Source of the DNA: Chrysomallon squamiferum
Lineage: Eukaryota; Animalia; Mollusca
Assembly: GCA_012295275.1 (NCBI GenBank)
Contig: CM022665.1
Span: 34,906,001-34,970,000 of the forward strand
Reading direction: 5' to 3'
DNA: 64,000 nt
Shown here: one piece after another, positions 26,301 to 41,478 of the stretch
Layout: the number at the start of each line of letters is the position of its first letter
Position numbering within the stretch: position 1 is the first letter of the stretch
Position numbers and translations under genes: made by a program
The notes under the pieces: model-generated
The model's input: only the letters and a program-made list of their open reading frames with translations
The model's database searches: none
What the model was told of the DNA's origin: nothing

Positions 26301-27614
26301 AAAGATAGGTAGAAATATTTTTCTTTTGTTAGATTAACAAGTATTTGTACTAAAGATTTGTTACAAACAATATATATTACTTTTAATTTGTGACAGGGTG
26401 TTGGGGAACAAATGGAAATACTCCCAAATGATGCAGCAAGACAAGTTGAGCCACAGAAACGAATCACATCAAGATACATGACAAAGTATGAGAGAGCCAG
26501 AGTTTTAGGCACAAGAGCATTACAAATTGCGTATGTATAACTAACTCTAAAGATAAATAATATTTAGCAGAGTCATACAAATTTAATCATTAATACTGTG
26601 TAACAATGCTTTTCTTTTTTCAGTACATGTATTTCTTAGGAACACGATTTTAATATTGATTTTAAAATTTGATAGTTCAAAAAAGAAAAACTTTGGCCAT
26701 TACTATTTTAATTTTTAATGGTGAAACTGAACATAAAAGAAAAGCCATGAATGGTAAGATAAAAATTATTTAGCTTCGATAGTTTGCTGTAACTTTGTTT
26801 TCCTGTAATTGTGTTAAATTAAAATGTAAATTTAACTGACACTCTAACATTGTGCATTCACCATTTGATATACTCAGATACAGTAGATAATGTTGGTTGA
26901 AAATGTTTTTAAAATTTATTAAAAATACAAAAATGGTAACAAATAAACCAATATAAACCACTCTTAAAATTAAAATAGTATGAATATTGGTATTTTCAGT
27001 ATGTTAAAATTTTAATGCAGTAAAAATGTATTTTAATCAGTACTGTATTTATGTTTCAGAATGTGTGCACCAGTGATGGTGGAACTGGAAGGAGAAACTG
27101 ATCCACTCAAAATAGCCATGAAAGAGCTCAAGTGAGTTCTGGTCAATTAAATTATTTGTATACAGCAGATGGATTTGAATACTTTAAAACTGTAATTTAT
27201 ACTTTTTAAATTTAAATATTTTATCTTTATTAAATAAAACAAATTAATAATTAACTCAGATAATAATGTTATTAAGAACAGTAAATAATTAAATTAACAT
27301 ATAACAAAATTTAAACTGAATGTGTGTAAAATAATAAATTGCTGAAAAAACAAAATAAATATCCTTATTCTGGAAAAAATATTTATGTATTTAGGACTAA
27401 TTAAATTTTTTTTTTTTTTTTTTTTTTTTTTGGTTCTTTTGTTGTTGTTGTTATTGTTATCATCAGCAAGACCATGAAAGTAACTTGGGTAATTTAAAAA
27501 ACAAATGTAGGTCTTTATTTCAGAGCTAGAAAAGTACCATTCATCATTCGTCGGTATCTCCCAGATGGCAGTTACGAAGATTGGTCATTAGAGGAACTCA
27601 TAATGACAGAGTGA
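23306..27614 (+). CDS. POLR2F: DNA-directed RNA polymerases I/II/III subunit RPABC2 (RPB6)
   Basis: Exons 23306-23337, 25905-25965, 26397-26530, 27060-27131, 27524-27614. Acidic N-terminus, then [68 protein letters not shown]. Confidence 0.97.
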
Positions 27615-27963
27615 TATAAACAGTATGCCTTTTAATGATTATAACAAGACTTTGGAGAAAACTGTTTTGTTTCTATAGTGGTAAAACAATGGTAAAACAA
27701 TACTAGAACAAAACCACTGCAGTTCCTAGGCTACATGTTTGTAAACTGTACCTTAAGTTTTATTCCTGGAAGAATATATAAGAAGTTTCATCAAAAATGC
27801 AGTTTTTGGCATTATTCAGAATTATGAGATATCATTTGTTTAAACTTAGGTTCAGTTTCTTTGATAGTTTTTGAAATGATCAACATTCTGGAAATGTTTT
27901 TAGGTGCAGTACTCTTGGGTATGTCATACATGTTTTTCATTATCATTATCGTATTTCACAGAA

Positions 27964-27995
27964 AATAAAAATGTTATAATTAACACTTGTTTATT
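27964..27995. terminator. Facing polyadenylation signals (POLR2F on +, candidate distal CUL5 signal on -)
   Basis: AATAAA at 27964-27969 on + and TTTATT at 27990-27995 (AATAAA on -), between convergent stop codons. Confidence 0.45.
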
Positions 27996-29071
27996 CATAA
28001 AGTAATAGAATGTTAGAAAAAAAATTGGAAACTAATAATTGGATTTTCATTTAAATGTGCTTTCTACAGAATTTATTTGTAGTAAAAATCTTGTCTTAAA
28101 CATTGGTAACTTATCTAGGGGAGAAAATTGGAAAGTAATTATTATCTTTTGAACTTGGAGAATAATGGCCATTTCAGTAACACAGTTCCAATGTCCATCT
28201 GCTCATTATTTCTGTATTTGATAGTGATTCTTTATAGTGCCGTTAACAATTGTCTCACACTGGTTCTGCATGCACATAATCACTATGATCATCCAAATAT
28301 GTTTTTATTCCTTGAAAAAATAAACTTACGATATTATTCATTTTCAACTCTTTTTGTTTGTTTGTTTGAGTTCTTAAGATACTGCTGCAAAAACATATTG
28401 GTAAAAAAATTGCACAAAAAACAAAATGTATTTCATTTGTAATACATCATGAATGTTTTAATGTTTTTTGTTTGTATTTTTTAAAGATAAACAAACAAAA
28501 CATGGATTAACAAACTGCATATTTGAAACTAATAGTCTTTAATTTTCAATACATGAAACCGCGTTTGTGATGTGTTTAAACATTACTTTGAGATGGTAGG
28601 ACATCTCTGTGAAGGAAAAAATGTCAATTCATTAATATATATATAATATATACCAACAACATGACTTAATTATGTATGATTTCATTATAAATGTAATCTA
28701 TAATTGTTTTACTTTCTGAAGCCTTTCAGCAACAGATATTAAAAAACAAAAATAATAACAATTATAAAAAATACACCTGTTCAAAATAACAGAACAAGCA
28801 AATATAAAAGATGCTTTTATTGGTTTTTACTCCACCCAAGCCCACCCCACTAAATGCCAGCAGGTAATGCAATGGCTGTTTTTTTTTTCGGTATTATTTT
28901 GCACAAATTTAGAATCACAGTAAAAGCACAATATATTTTTTTACAATTTCAATAAATAATGGACAAATAAAATTCATTGGGTAGAAGATAGGAAAGCACT
29001 CTTCAGTTGTTTAAATGCCCATGTCAGTGAGACATAACTAAGTTGCATATTTCTCTAACATTTGGTGGTCA

Positions 29072-30320
29072 TTATGCCATGTAAATGAACATGTTAATGT
29101 TGTCCTCGTCTCGTCGCATGTACTTGTGTTCAATCAGCCATTCTATTTGTTCCTTGATCAGTTTTTTCGAGGGCAAGAACATGTTTTTAAGAATTTCAAC
29201 AAGTTCAGTTTGTAAGGCAGCATTTGTGATTCTTTTCCTCATCTTCATGATTTTCACTATAGCTTCCTGTAAATAACATGATATTCGGTGTAATACATAA
29301 AAATGTATTAGAAAAACTAGAAACATAACTTTAAGTTTACATTTACAAATAACCAAAACCCAAACCATATACTGAATCATTTCAATAAAAAAAATTTATT
29401 AATAATAAAAAAATCAAGATTTCATATTTGATAATTAAACTGAAACAGATAATTTACAATGATTGTTTTCTGGCTTCATTTCAAATTATTTTCTAAATCA
29501 AATCAGAGGGACAATAAATGGTTTAACTAATGTGACATTTAAAGCACATTTATACTAAGATGAATGGAAAAGGGAAAAGAAAAATTAACAAATGTTACTT
29601 ATGGCTCTCCTCACCCATGTGAAGAAATTAAAATGTTCATGGACTATATTAATATTTACCTGCACTCGTAATATTCGTAATTGCATTATTCCCTCGTTGT
29701 CTTCCTCTTTGCTTTTCTCTGTGGAAAGCTGCAGACGACCAATGAGATTCATTTTACCTCTCTTCTGAATTTTCCCATTTTTACTGCAAAATAAAAAGAT
29801 TGGATAAAATAAACTTGTTTAAAAATAATACCAATTTACAGAGACTTTAATATAGCATTTTCATCAACAAGATTAATCTAGAAAAATCCTAGTATTTAAA
29901 TTTTAGTGACATCAAACATAACATTATCACTTACTAACTACGTTATTAGGATTTTAATTCATTGTTGACATTCAGACATGAATCTGAATGTAAAATTTTT
30001 ATTGTAAATCAACTACAAATTTTGAAATAAAACTGCAAAACAATTTTAAATTATACACGAAGGAATATAATTTAGGATGTGTTGTTACACTGTCTAGTTT
30101 CTAAAATTCATTTGCAATACAATATTATTAACAACTAGAACATATATTTTCAGAGCATACACAATTTTTGTAAAAACATTTATTATTATTACACATACAT
30201 CAAAGAAAAGTCCTGGTTGACCCAGAACTGTGTGCTATCATCAAATTCCTTTGGTGATCTTGTTTCTGGCTCACAGACCAACACTTGCCTCTTTATTTTG
30301 GGAAAAGCTATAAGAGACTT

Positions 30321-30359
<39 letters not shown>

Positions 30360-33300
30360 TTAAATTCTACAAGCAAATTCAGGAAGAATACAAATGTTAA
30401 AAAAAAATAATTTTAATTTATGATTTTAAATTGGAGGTTGTCAGTTACATACTGGATTAAATAACGTAAAGACAAGTAACTTTTTTTTATCCAAACCTAA
30501 ATAAATTTTTGAATAAAAAAACACATTTCTGATAGCTTTTGAAACATATAAAAAGTTTATTTGGAGAATAATTTTTAAAAACACAAAGTTGGTATAAAAT
30601 TGTTTTTAAAAATTACAAATTTGATCACATAAACAAATGATTTACCCATAAAGTTTTCCTAAGTTCAGCATCTGGTAATTCTGTGGCTAGCTTCAAACTC
30701 TCATATGAAATTTTGTCTCGTGGTCTCTGATTCCAAGCAAATAAAACTCCCATTTGAAATGTGGTTACTTCAAGATCATAACGTCCAATGTCATTACAAA
30801 ATGTGATCTGTTATCAGAAGAAATATTTATGTTTACAAATACCACATTCATCATATAATTACTAGCTCGCAGAGACTGACAATGACTGATGAAATAGGAA
30901 ATTAGTATAACAGAATTCACTTGTGTGTACTTCTCACAGGAAAAATAAAAAATGATCTTATTCATCAATAATTTAAATGTAGTTTTAAATTCAACCCACT
31001 TGTTGATGCGCATATTCACATTTGCAAATGTTCCATATTAAAAATCAAGTATCTTTAAAACCTGCTATTTTATATTTTCTTGACTGTTAGATGTCAAAGA
31101 ACAAACAAACCAACAATAAATGAAAAACATGTTAAAAAAGAAATGAGTATTTATTTACAATGCCATTAGACATGAGATGATGCCACTGTAGTTTACGTCC
31201 ACTGTGTTTGTGTTTGTAGAACTCTTCTACTTGTGGTATATAGTCTTCTAACTCCATTGGCAATGACACAGACACGCGGTCGCTGGTTCTAGCCCAGGCA
31301 CCAGCATTCAGAATTTTAATGTTTATAGCATCTATGGAAGCAAATATAAAGTAAAAAGTGTTTTAATTTACCAATTAACTTATTACTGTTATTATTTTAT
31401 TTTGTGTTGTCAGAATATAAAGCTTTCTAAAATAAAAAATTAATGATATTCTTTTAAATATGGTAAATGTCATTGATTTTGTAATCTGATTAAATGATAA
31501 AATATCTTAACATGTCTGCTTAATAAACATTTAAAAAAATATAATAACAGATAAATAATTAAAAAAAAAGTAATCTACACAATATACTTTTGCTAAAAAA
31601 TTATATTTTGTATTACTATTTAACTAGTGGCACTATTATTGAATTCTTTCTTTCAAAAGTCCCATACAGTTTTAAAAATTCTGTTTATTTATTAAATCTA
31701 TTTATTAAATTTGAATGTTGATTATGCAAACCTGCTAATCCTTCATTGTTATTCCTGTGAGCATCTTTGAATTCAACGTTCAGATCTTCACTGACTTTGA
31801 TATCCTGAAACATTCTTGCCAATTTGTTTACATAATCTGCTGGCATTCCAACTTCCTGAAAGAAAAAATTAAAATTAAAATTAATGAGAATAATAATATG
31901 AAGAAATGTACAAATAACTGCAAAACAGAAAAGAAAAGTGAGTAACATTAAGTTTGGTTTTGGAAACAGAAATTAGAACCATTAACAACGGAGGTATGAA
32001 ATCAGGTTTGTGTCAAAGATTATATATTATGTCAGGTACCACCATTAACCTAGAAACTGAAAGCATGTACTTAATGTCTCACATTTATCAGAATTATATT
32101 AATAATTTTTGTGACATTTGCTGATGCAATTAGCAGATTGTTTCAAGTTCTATACATTGGTAATTTGCAGTATAACAGAAAGTGGCCTCCAGTATCTTAA
32201 AATTACTTTTACTGATGTTATTTTCAAAGAGTTTGCTGATTTATATAATATGATTAAAAAGAGTGCATTGTTTGTTCAAAAACAATCAACAGTATTACTG
32301 AATATAAACATAATTTTTTTGCTCATTTTTCTTTTTTTTTATTATTTTGTGAATTTCTGTGAATTGTAGAATGATAAATATTTTGATTTTTATTTAAATT
32401 TCTCACCCTGAGCCATTCTACCATGTTTTCTTCTTTCTCATTATCTGCTGATGTGTCAAGGATTAATCTGCGTGTGAGGTGGGCTTTGTGGTAACGCATG
32501 AATACATCTTTGTTCGTAACATACTTCAATACTAACAACTAAAACACAAAAATTTATAAATGAGGTAACAGTGAAATTTATATCTAGACAAAAGTTTGTA
32601 AAGTACACAGAATTTTCTTTAAAGAAATCCAAAAACAAAAAAGAAGAAAAAGAAATATTTTTTAATTTTGAGAACTGCATTTAAAAAACCAGAAAGAAAT
32701 ATTACATCTAAAAATTAATCTAAAGAGTGCTATTCATGCAGAAAATTAATATTAGATGAATTTTCCTTTTCTGTCATACTCAGAAACAGATATTTATAGT
32801 AAAATTAAAACACTTACCACATCTCTAAGTTTCATTTCCACTTCTTCAGAGGTCAGTTTTTTACTAAGAGGAGTTTTTCTCAACAACATATCACAGTAGT
32901 TTGCAAGTAGTTCAGGACATTTGGACTCTGGTTGGGTCTTAGCCCAAACTCTGCAACATAAAGATACATATTATTATGTTCTCTATAACTGTCAAACACA
33001 AAGAAAACATTAATCGTTCCAGAAAATTAAGAATTTATTATATTAAAAAGGAAGATTTTATTCTGACATTTGTCTGCCTTTGTTTTTTTACATTAATGAA
33101 ATCTATGATTTTGCAGATTTAAAATTTTTCATCTTATTACTAAACATTTTTGAAAATATGACAAATCAATATTTTGGTCAGCTGAGGCGATTTATTATAT
33201 AAAACAAAGTGATGTGGTTATAAATGGATAACATTTTCTATAAACAAATTAAAATGAAAATTATGTTCAACTCACCCTTTATTCTTCATAGGAATTTCTA

Positions 33301-36300
33301 ATTTAAATACTGAAGTGTCATTCACAACATTCTTGTAGGCCTGCAAAACATACATTCAACAATGAACAGGTAGCAAACACAATTCATAATAGCATTTAGT
33401 AACATCAATAACTTCAAAATAGGGACATCGTTAAAAAATATATTTATTTAGATTTGATGGATAATTTTATAAAAAAATGAAATCATGTTTTAACAGTTAA
33501 TCATTTTAATAATACTTTGATTTAAAGGATATTTTTACATAAATGTGAAATTGATGGCTTACATGATTTAACAGTCGATAGTTTCAGTAATTATGTAATC
33601 TGTGTAAGTAAGCTTACTTTATCTCTAGAAGTCAGAAATCGTGGATCATCATTGAAAGCTTCTCTGACTAGTGTGCTGAACCTGTTGAACAAATCTAACA
33701 GCTGTTCAACATACTTTTCTGAGTCCTAATAAAAACAGAAACAAAGAAGTCATCATATAATGTTTGTAGAATCCAAGGCAAAGAACAAAACAAAACAACA
33801 AAACAACAATCTCATCTACCTGCTGTGAGTGAATTCTGTTACATTTAAAACTGATTTACAATTTAGTTACATTATTATAATTTTTCAGTGCAGAAGAAAA
33901 TGTTACTTTTTAAACTAATTTATAATCTATTACATTTTTACAATTTTTAAATATTTTGAAGATTCTATTATAGAAGAAAAGCATCTGGATTGGAATAGAA
34001 TAAGATCAGAAATTCATGATGTTGTATCAATAAGTTGCAAGCTATTTCACAATTTTGTAAAAACACATAGCATTATCTAGAAATTTGTTAAAAAACCCCA
34101 ACAAATAATAAATAAATAAAAATAAATAAAAGAAGCTCATTAAAAAAATAAATTAACCACTTGGGCCTGGGTCATCACTTGAGTGATGACACAGTTTGCC
34201 TCAGGCCAGGAAACTAACAGTTGAGTGATAATAATGATTGGTTTGATTGCTCTGATTAGTATATTTTAATTAAGGTTTAGAACTGATATTTTGGTTGATG
34301 AACTTCAGTCATTGAGTGAGAGTCACTGCACCAAGTAGCAATTCACTCAGCTTGTTATAGTGGGAGTCTGCAATCATCCTGTACACCTCTATTCTACTGA
34401 AAATAGTGCCTTCAGTAAACATTCAAGCAATTCAAGCAATTATACAGTTGATGACACCATTAGTCAACAATGTGGTAAATTCAAAACACTGTAGGTATGA
34501 TGAAACATTACAACACTTGCAATGGAAACTTTCATTCTTTTTTTTTTCTCTGCTCCTGTAGCAGATGTGGCAGGTGCAAAGTGGATACACTACCAGAAGA
34601 TGGCACCCGGTCAAGCGAGCTCATCTTTTAACATGGGCCAGATTCACTGTCTCTGTGGACAGATGAAGGAAAGAAGGGTGTGTGAAGTTTGACCATTATC
34701 CTGTGGCAAGGTTGTTCAAGTACACATTCACAAGTGTAGTCCATAAAATTAAAAAATAATATTATGTATAATTTAACAGTCTTCCTGCTTGACTGATAAG
34801 ATATAGGGAGTTAGTCCAAAAAATCCATTGAGCTTCCTTGATTCTGCACCAAAGTAAAGCCAAATCTGTTGAGATTAGCAGTTAAGTGCCATTTCTGAGA
34901 TGTTGGTATGATGTGATTCCGATATATTTATCTAATTCTGTGTACACCCAATACCATCTCCAGCAAATCTCAGCCTTTTCAGTGGAAACTTCTATTGAAA
35001 TTTGAATCGGCCCTGAATTTCAGGAGCTTCAGGTCTGCTATCAGTGCAATATTTGATCTTTTCAAGAGAGTACAACAGTATGATCCAGAATGGGATGTAA
35101 TTTATATATCCTGTCAGTTTCATTGAACTCCATCTCTTTGTCATCCCAGAAGTGGAGCCAGGAAATGATGTCCAAGAATCAGTTCCTTGGCACTGTCTCT
35201 ATGAAAATATTTGAAGCGATGAACGAGTCAGTCAACCAATGCTGCCACATCTTGGTTTTGGATTGATGCCCACAGTTCCAAGCTCTATGATGGCTGTAGG
35301 CTTTGCAGTATTGGATGCTGACATTGGTAGAGATTCATTTCTAGGACCAACAAATTTACCAAATCATCCAAGAAATATTCTTGCAAACAAATTCAGGTCA
35401 GAGTAGTAGCATCCTCATCCATGTGTTTGATACTGATGGTCATATGGCTGTTGAAGGTAAACTTCTTTGGATGAAATTTCACATTCCTCAAGTTACAATG
35501 AGGTCAAATTCTGTCCAGCACATGAAGTAGATAGCTGCAGTTTTCTGCCAGATGAATGCATTGGAATGCCCAACCACAGCTTGACAGGTCAAGTGCTTCA
35601 TCATGTGGCAGTGAGGGGAATGCAGTGATATTGTCCAGATTCAAAAATTTTACAAATTGTTAAGTGAATTTCAGCCCAGTAAAATTTAGAATAATTATTC
35701 TGACATGTTCTCGGAAAAAGGCAAAGGTAGTCACTTATAGTTCAACAATTATGTAATTCAAACTACCAGATACAATACAAATAATCTGATTCAGAAACAT
35801 TTGCTTTTGAATCATCTCAATAATGTCGGGTTTCAACATTTTAAGAGCACATACTCTAATGTATTGATTGATCTTTTCAGTAGAATGCAGCTATGCAGGG
35901 TACAGCATAATTTCATATTCCCATTACAGTTGTGTGAATACTCAGCACAGTGTCTCCCAGCTAACTACCTGAGCAGCCGGGCCCAAGGGGATAAAAAAAA
36001 AACAATAACCAAAAAACCCACCTAGATATATGACCCAAGAGCCATCTAAATAATATTTTATGTAATTAATGTATAAAATTGAATCAGACGAGAAGACTAA
36101 CTGTGGTTATAGTTTCAGCTGAAGCCATCATGTCTGCCAAACCTTGACTGACAATATGAGCTTCTAGGTCATACAGCATTGGGGTAATGCCATCAGCCAC
36201 CCTGTCCATCAAACTGAACATCAGACGCAACTCTGAAATTGTGAATTTTTTTAATTGGAACATGTGAAAGAAATTAGCAAACAACGTAATATGCATGTTA

Positions 36301-39300
36301 GAAAATAGGTACATTTAAACTATTTTGCAGAACTATACATTTAGTAGATTACATTGTAAATCCCCAGTTTTAATAAATTTTGTATAATAAAATAATTCAT
36401 CACCTGAACCTTCAATGTGAAATTTTATGAATATGGTGGATTAAATTATTTCCTAAAAATGTAAATAAATTTGACTGTACCAGCTAATTCATTTGAAATT
36501 AATAGTATTCTTTTTTCAAAAAAAGGGGATAATTTCATGTCTAAGCTAATCTATTTAATTCAGCTAATAACAAAATTTTAGATACAATTGACAAATTAAA
36601 AAAACATCTGTCTCCAGAACTAAATGCTAATCTCATTTTAATTATCATCAAGTATATCTTTCTCAAATACAACTCAATTTAAAATTTAAAAAAAGATAAT
36701 AAAAAATTATTTTAAATACCCAGGAAAAAACATTTATTAAGGTGTTCATACTTTCTGTTTCATTATGCTTGATCATATAGGCACATTCCTGAAGAATTGT
36801 TTCTTTAAAGTCTGTGACAAGAACACGAACACAACATTCAGATAACTGCAAAACAAGGAATATTTATCAGATATAATCATTTTTATTGTTAAAATTTGAT
36901 TTTTTTAATTTAAATTTTTTGACTAGAACTAATTTTTGTCACAGTTAAATATTAATGGACTTCATGAAATACTGAAACAATAAACAGCTACAAATAAAAC
37001 ATCAGCAGTAATCAAAGTATTGACAAGTCAGCTGAAAGATTTTAGTTCCTTACACCAGTTCCCACTCATTTTCTAACTTGGATTATCTAATAAATACAAA
37101 ATTTTAAAAAAAAAACAACAACACCAAAACTTCCTGAATCAAAATAATTGATTTGTTACACATAAATTCCAGTCAAAAACTTACTGCAGCCACTGAATTG
37201 CATCCATATCCAATCTCAAGATAACGCCTTGCCCTGGATTCTTCTTCTTTAAGCTTTGCATCAGCATATCTCATATAGTTTTGTACACCATTGTCTTCAA
37301 GGTAATGTGGTGCTTTCACTTTGTAGAACGACTCTGTAGCATCTAAATATGCCTTTTCAAAATTGTCTCTGTATATTTTTAACTTGTCTTCCATATCAGA
37401 ACTGAGGTTAACTGAAAATGTAGTGTGTAAAATGTAAATCAAAATGTAACTGGTAACGATGTTTTCACAGAACTAATACATTCTTAAACATGTTTTATAT
37501 TTTAAATGAATATATAAAATATTTTATGAAAGGAGATTCTCTAAACAAAAAAAACAACTGATTTTGCTATATTACATAATTCAAACAATGGCAGATCACA
37601 TAATAACCTTGTTATATAAATTGTTATATTTATATTTTTTGATACATTACCTAATAAAAAGATATGTAAATTTACCATAAGATTCCCTGACTCCAATGAC
37701 CAACTGAGAATCAAATGCTTCACCATTTCTTTCAGCATGTACAAGTTTCATTGCACTGTCCTGCAATCTCTGCTTGATGTTTGAGAATATGCTTTGATTC
37801 CAGCTGTCCAGCATTAACTAAAATAAACATTATGAATTTAGTTGGGATTTTTGTTGTTTGTTGTGGTTTTTTTAATTTTTAAATATAAAATTCTTTACAT
37901 CAACATAAAGCAGAAATGCAAAAAATTATAACTGGTTCACAAAATATAACAGCAGCTCTGGTTGTTCCATCCCGAAATTCGTAGAATAAAATATGTTCAA
38001 TTCCACTATCTATGTTCAACCTCAATTAGAATTTCTGATATAAGACTGCCTTGTTGTGATTCTGCGATAAAAAACAGAATGACAAACTAAACAGTATAGT
38101 ATTAATACATTTTAGACATCTCCTGAAATCAATCTAAATTATTACTTTTCTAACAAGACTTTCATCTACTCCCTGTTGTTTCTTTGGCATGCTGCTGTGA
38201 AGTTTCCCTAGCAAGTTAGCCTCTAGTTGATTAAATGGGCTTGGTAGGTAGTTACACTGTGTGAAAAACTTTCCCCATTCTGCTATGTATGCTCTCAACA
38301 ATGCTGAATCTTCTTTGTGTTGGAGAACTCTCTGCAAGAAAAATAAAAACAAACAAAAAAAACAACATGATTTCAGTTTTCAATAATAAAATGATATAAC
38401 CATCTTTAATATTATTTACACAATATTATTTTTTTTCTTATGAAACCATATATATTACATTTTAGAAAATAAATTTAGCTTTGCTAACTTGTCTAATATC
38501 ACTGTGAGAACTCTTCAATAAAAAGTCAAGTGAAATGAAATATTTGAAGAAATTATGTTCATATTTTAATTGGCAATTTCAGAACATAGTAATTAGTCAT
38601 TAATAATTGTCTATCATTTATTTTCTTCACTGAATTACAATGACTTACAGCTTGAGCCTGTCGAATGAAATCAAGAATGTCATCCTGTAGATGTTGATAA
38701 ATCTTTGGTGGTCCATCTTTCTCATCCCACATACAAACAGAATGTACAGCCCTAAAACACAAATCACATACACAGCATGGTATTAACAAGTCTCAATCCA
38801 AAAACCACTATTCCAGCTTTGTAAACAATTAACAGTATGGGATATGATGGAATCAGATATGAAAGTTTATAAATGGTATTAATATTTTATTATTAATGCT
38901 GACATTCTTCACATTGAAACAGTATTTATATGATTTTAAGATGGATGTAGCAGAATTAAAACTTCTCTCACCAGAACAAACCATGCCACTCATCCCTTGT
39001 AACCGCCTCTTGTCTCAACAGCTTCAACACTGTTGGACGCATGCTTGGCCATTTGTCCTCAAAACGGCACTGGCCCTGTTGCTGTAAAATAATAAATGTA
39101 AAATTAATTAAACCATAAAAATCTGCAGGATACAATAACTCATTATTACATATTTTTGTTAAGAATAAATTTGGTGGTATCTTAAGGTATCTCAATATTA
39201 ATGGTTATTATCTGTCAAACACAGTCTTAGTATAACAATAATTAATATGAAAAAAACATTTAAAAAAAACAAACATTTAATAGCATAAGATCTTTTGTAT

Positions 39301-41478
39301 TGCACTTTCTTATAAAGAAAGTAAGGACATACTAATGCATTTGATAAAATAGTTTGGCCTCTGGCTTATCAGTCAACCTTACTCAAATAACCTTACTCAA
39401 AAAACTACAGCAATCTAACATGTAGCAAGATTTTTTTGATTTTTTCTTTTATATATATATATATATATATGTTGTTTAAGTTTCTGACTAACAGTCAAAT
39501 ATCTGAGATGTATTTAATTCATTAGAATATGACACTGACTACAAAAGGACATGTAACTTTCCTTTACTGCTGAACTAAGTCTGTATGGATAGCATGTATT
39601 TAGTTAGCATTATTAATTTTATTTGTCATGTCTGATAAAAGCATACATTTAATAATTACTAAATTATTCTACCATTTTGGATGAATTTAAAGGAATATAG
39701 CAACAGTGAACGACGTAAGACATAGCTTGACCTTAGTGGTTACTCAAGTTTCCACTTTGTTCTTCTGCCTGTCCAATGACATACAATTTTCAAAATGGTT
39801 TGTTCATGTGTGCCTTTCCTGACAAGAATCTGACACTGTAACAGCCCCTGCACACCAGACATATTTCAACAAGATTTTTGCTGCATTGCTTGTGCATCAG
39901 TCCTTGTACACAAAATGTGATTTTTGTTGTTTTTTTTGGTGCAATTTCACAAATACATACATTAACTCTGACTAGGTAATTCCCATTAATATCAGGCACA
40001 ACAAAAATTAATATTAACAGATTTTGGCAAAAGTATGCTGTATTAATATTTATAGAATAGTAATCATTAAAATTAAAATTATTGTACTTTCCAAGCAAGG
40101 TATGGCTTCATATTATTTTCCTGTACTCCATAATCTTTGTAGGATTGTTAGGCTTTGTTGTATAGTATTTCATGTTTTTGTTCAATGTCTTGCAAGATGA
40201 AATCCAGATCAGGAGAAATCACCTCATGATTGAATGTGTGCGATGTCAAAATCTATATTTAGCATATAATAATGCAAAATAATTTCTATATCCAAAAACT
40301 GTTGTGTAAATCATGGCATCACTTGTGTTTGGTGTGCAAGCCTCAATGTGAATGTCTGTTTTCTATATCATGGAAAAAATGGTTATATTTGCTTTGAAAA
40401 TGACATATGTATGTGCAAGGGTCCTAACAGTTTCCATTTTTTTCTATGACATGTGTCACAGAACAGAGATTGCACAGTATGATTGTGACAAGTGTTTCAC
40501 CATTATTTAATCTCAAATTTCAAATTTCAGCAGCAAAACAATAAAAAAAATTTAGATAACAGAAAGAAGAGACAGGTATGAAAAAAATAAATTGGTCAAG
40601 AGTTTTTATGCTGTCATGGTAAAGAGTATGAAAGGGTGACATTCAATGAAGAAAAACAAAATGCTATTTTTAGTATACAATGTATAAAAATTGCAGACTG
40701 GAAATAAAAAAATGGATAATTGCATGTAAAATTTTATTATTGGGCAACCACAATAAAGGTTAAGATCAAGGCCTGTAGGTGACTATCTCTGATATTGTAA
40801 CCAAATTTTTATCCATTCATTTCGGGTTCAGCATATTTGTTGCATTCTCAAGAAAAAAACTCAAAGCTCACAACATTACAACAACAAAAAATGCAATCAA
40901 CTGAAAATCAATTAATCATCAACATTGGACATCTGATTAAATTGTCTGTCAGCTATTATTGTCTGATATCTTTATTTTTTATTACTCAGAATCTCTCGCA
41001 ATTTAAAAAAAAAAAACTGATGCATGCCATCAGCAGACTGATTCACAGAGTCTGACTGTGGAAGTATTTTCTGCTTGTAGTTATACTGTGCATCTACTTA
41101 AACGTCTGAAAACTGTTTAACGTTCTGTTACAAAGTTTAACTATTAGTATTACTGTACATAACGCAGACTATTACATTATTAGCATATACAATACGTATT
41201 CTATTTAACCTAACAAACTATTTGTTGACCTTGCATTTGTTTCCTTGGGGGCTTTTTTTGTACAATCAATCGAACAGGAATTATATGCAATAATTAAAAA
41301 GACATCAAAACTAAAAACCCTTGCCACATGATATATATGCTTAAATTATTAAGTCACCAATATTGAATGTTAACAAGAACACACAGATAACAGATAAACG
41401 ATCTAAGAGAAAGTAAGAAAGAAAAAAAAACAACAACAAAGGATAAGGTAGAGAAACACTTACTCCTAACATCGCCAT
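29072..41478 (-). CDS. CUL5: Cullin-5
   Basis: 18 exons join in frame: 41464-41478, 38972-39081, 38649-38751, 38146-38331, 37676-37817, 37185-37411, 36752-36845, 36102-36232, 33618-33725, 33276-33340, 32818-32950, 32407-32538, 31732-31855, 31159-31331, 30646-30807, 30199-30317, 29660-29783, 29072-29266. Motifs FEDKWPSMRPTVLKLLRQE, KTQPESKCPELLANYCDMLLRKTPLSKKL, KDVFMRYHKAHLTRRLIL, neddylation region EAIVKIMKMRK and C-terminus EWLIEHKYMRRDEDNINMFIYMA*. Confidence 0.97.
34157..35990 (-). mobile_element. Decayed piggyBac DNA transposon in CUL5 intron 8
   Basis: Ends TTAA|CCACTTGGGCCTGG and CCGGGCCCAAGGGG|ATAA. Minus-strand transposase relics: LNLFARIFLDDLVNLLVLEMNLY, ETVPRN*FLDIISWLHFWDDKE...DRIYKLHPILD, and the C-terminal Cys-rich domain CHIC...HCKCCNV...QCFE (ORF 34432-34614). 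Confidence 0.85.

Noticed and set aside
26282-26512. Minus-strand 76-aa ORF
   Set aside because: Antisense shadow of POLR2F exon 3.
39680-41100. Possible Kolobok-like or other TE in CUL5 intron 1 (TTAAAGGAATATAG; weak inverted match near 39728 and 40745); ORF 39790-40098
   Set aside because: No matching second terminus, TSD or transposase motif; too decayed to call.
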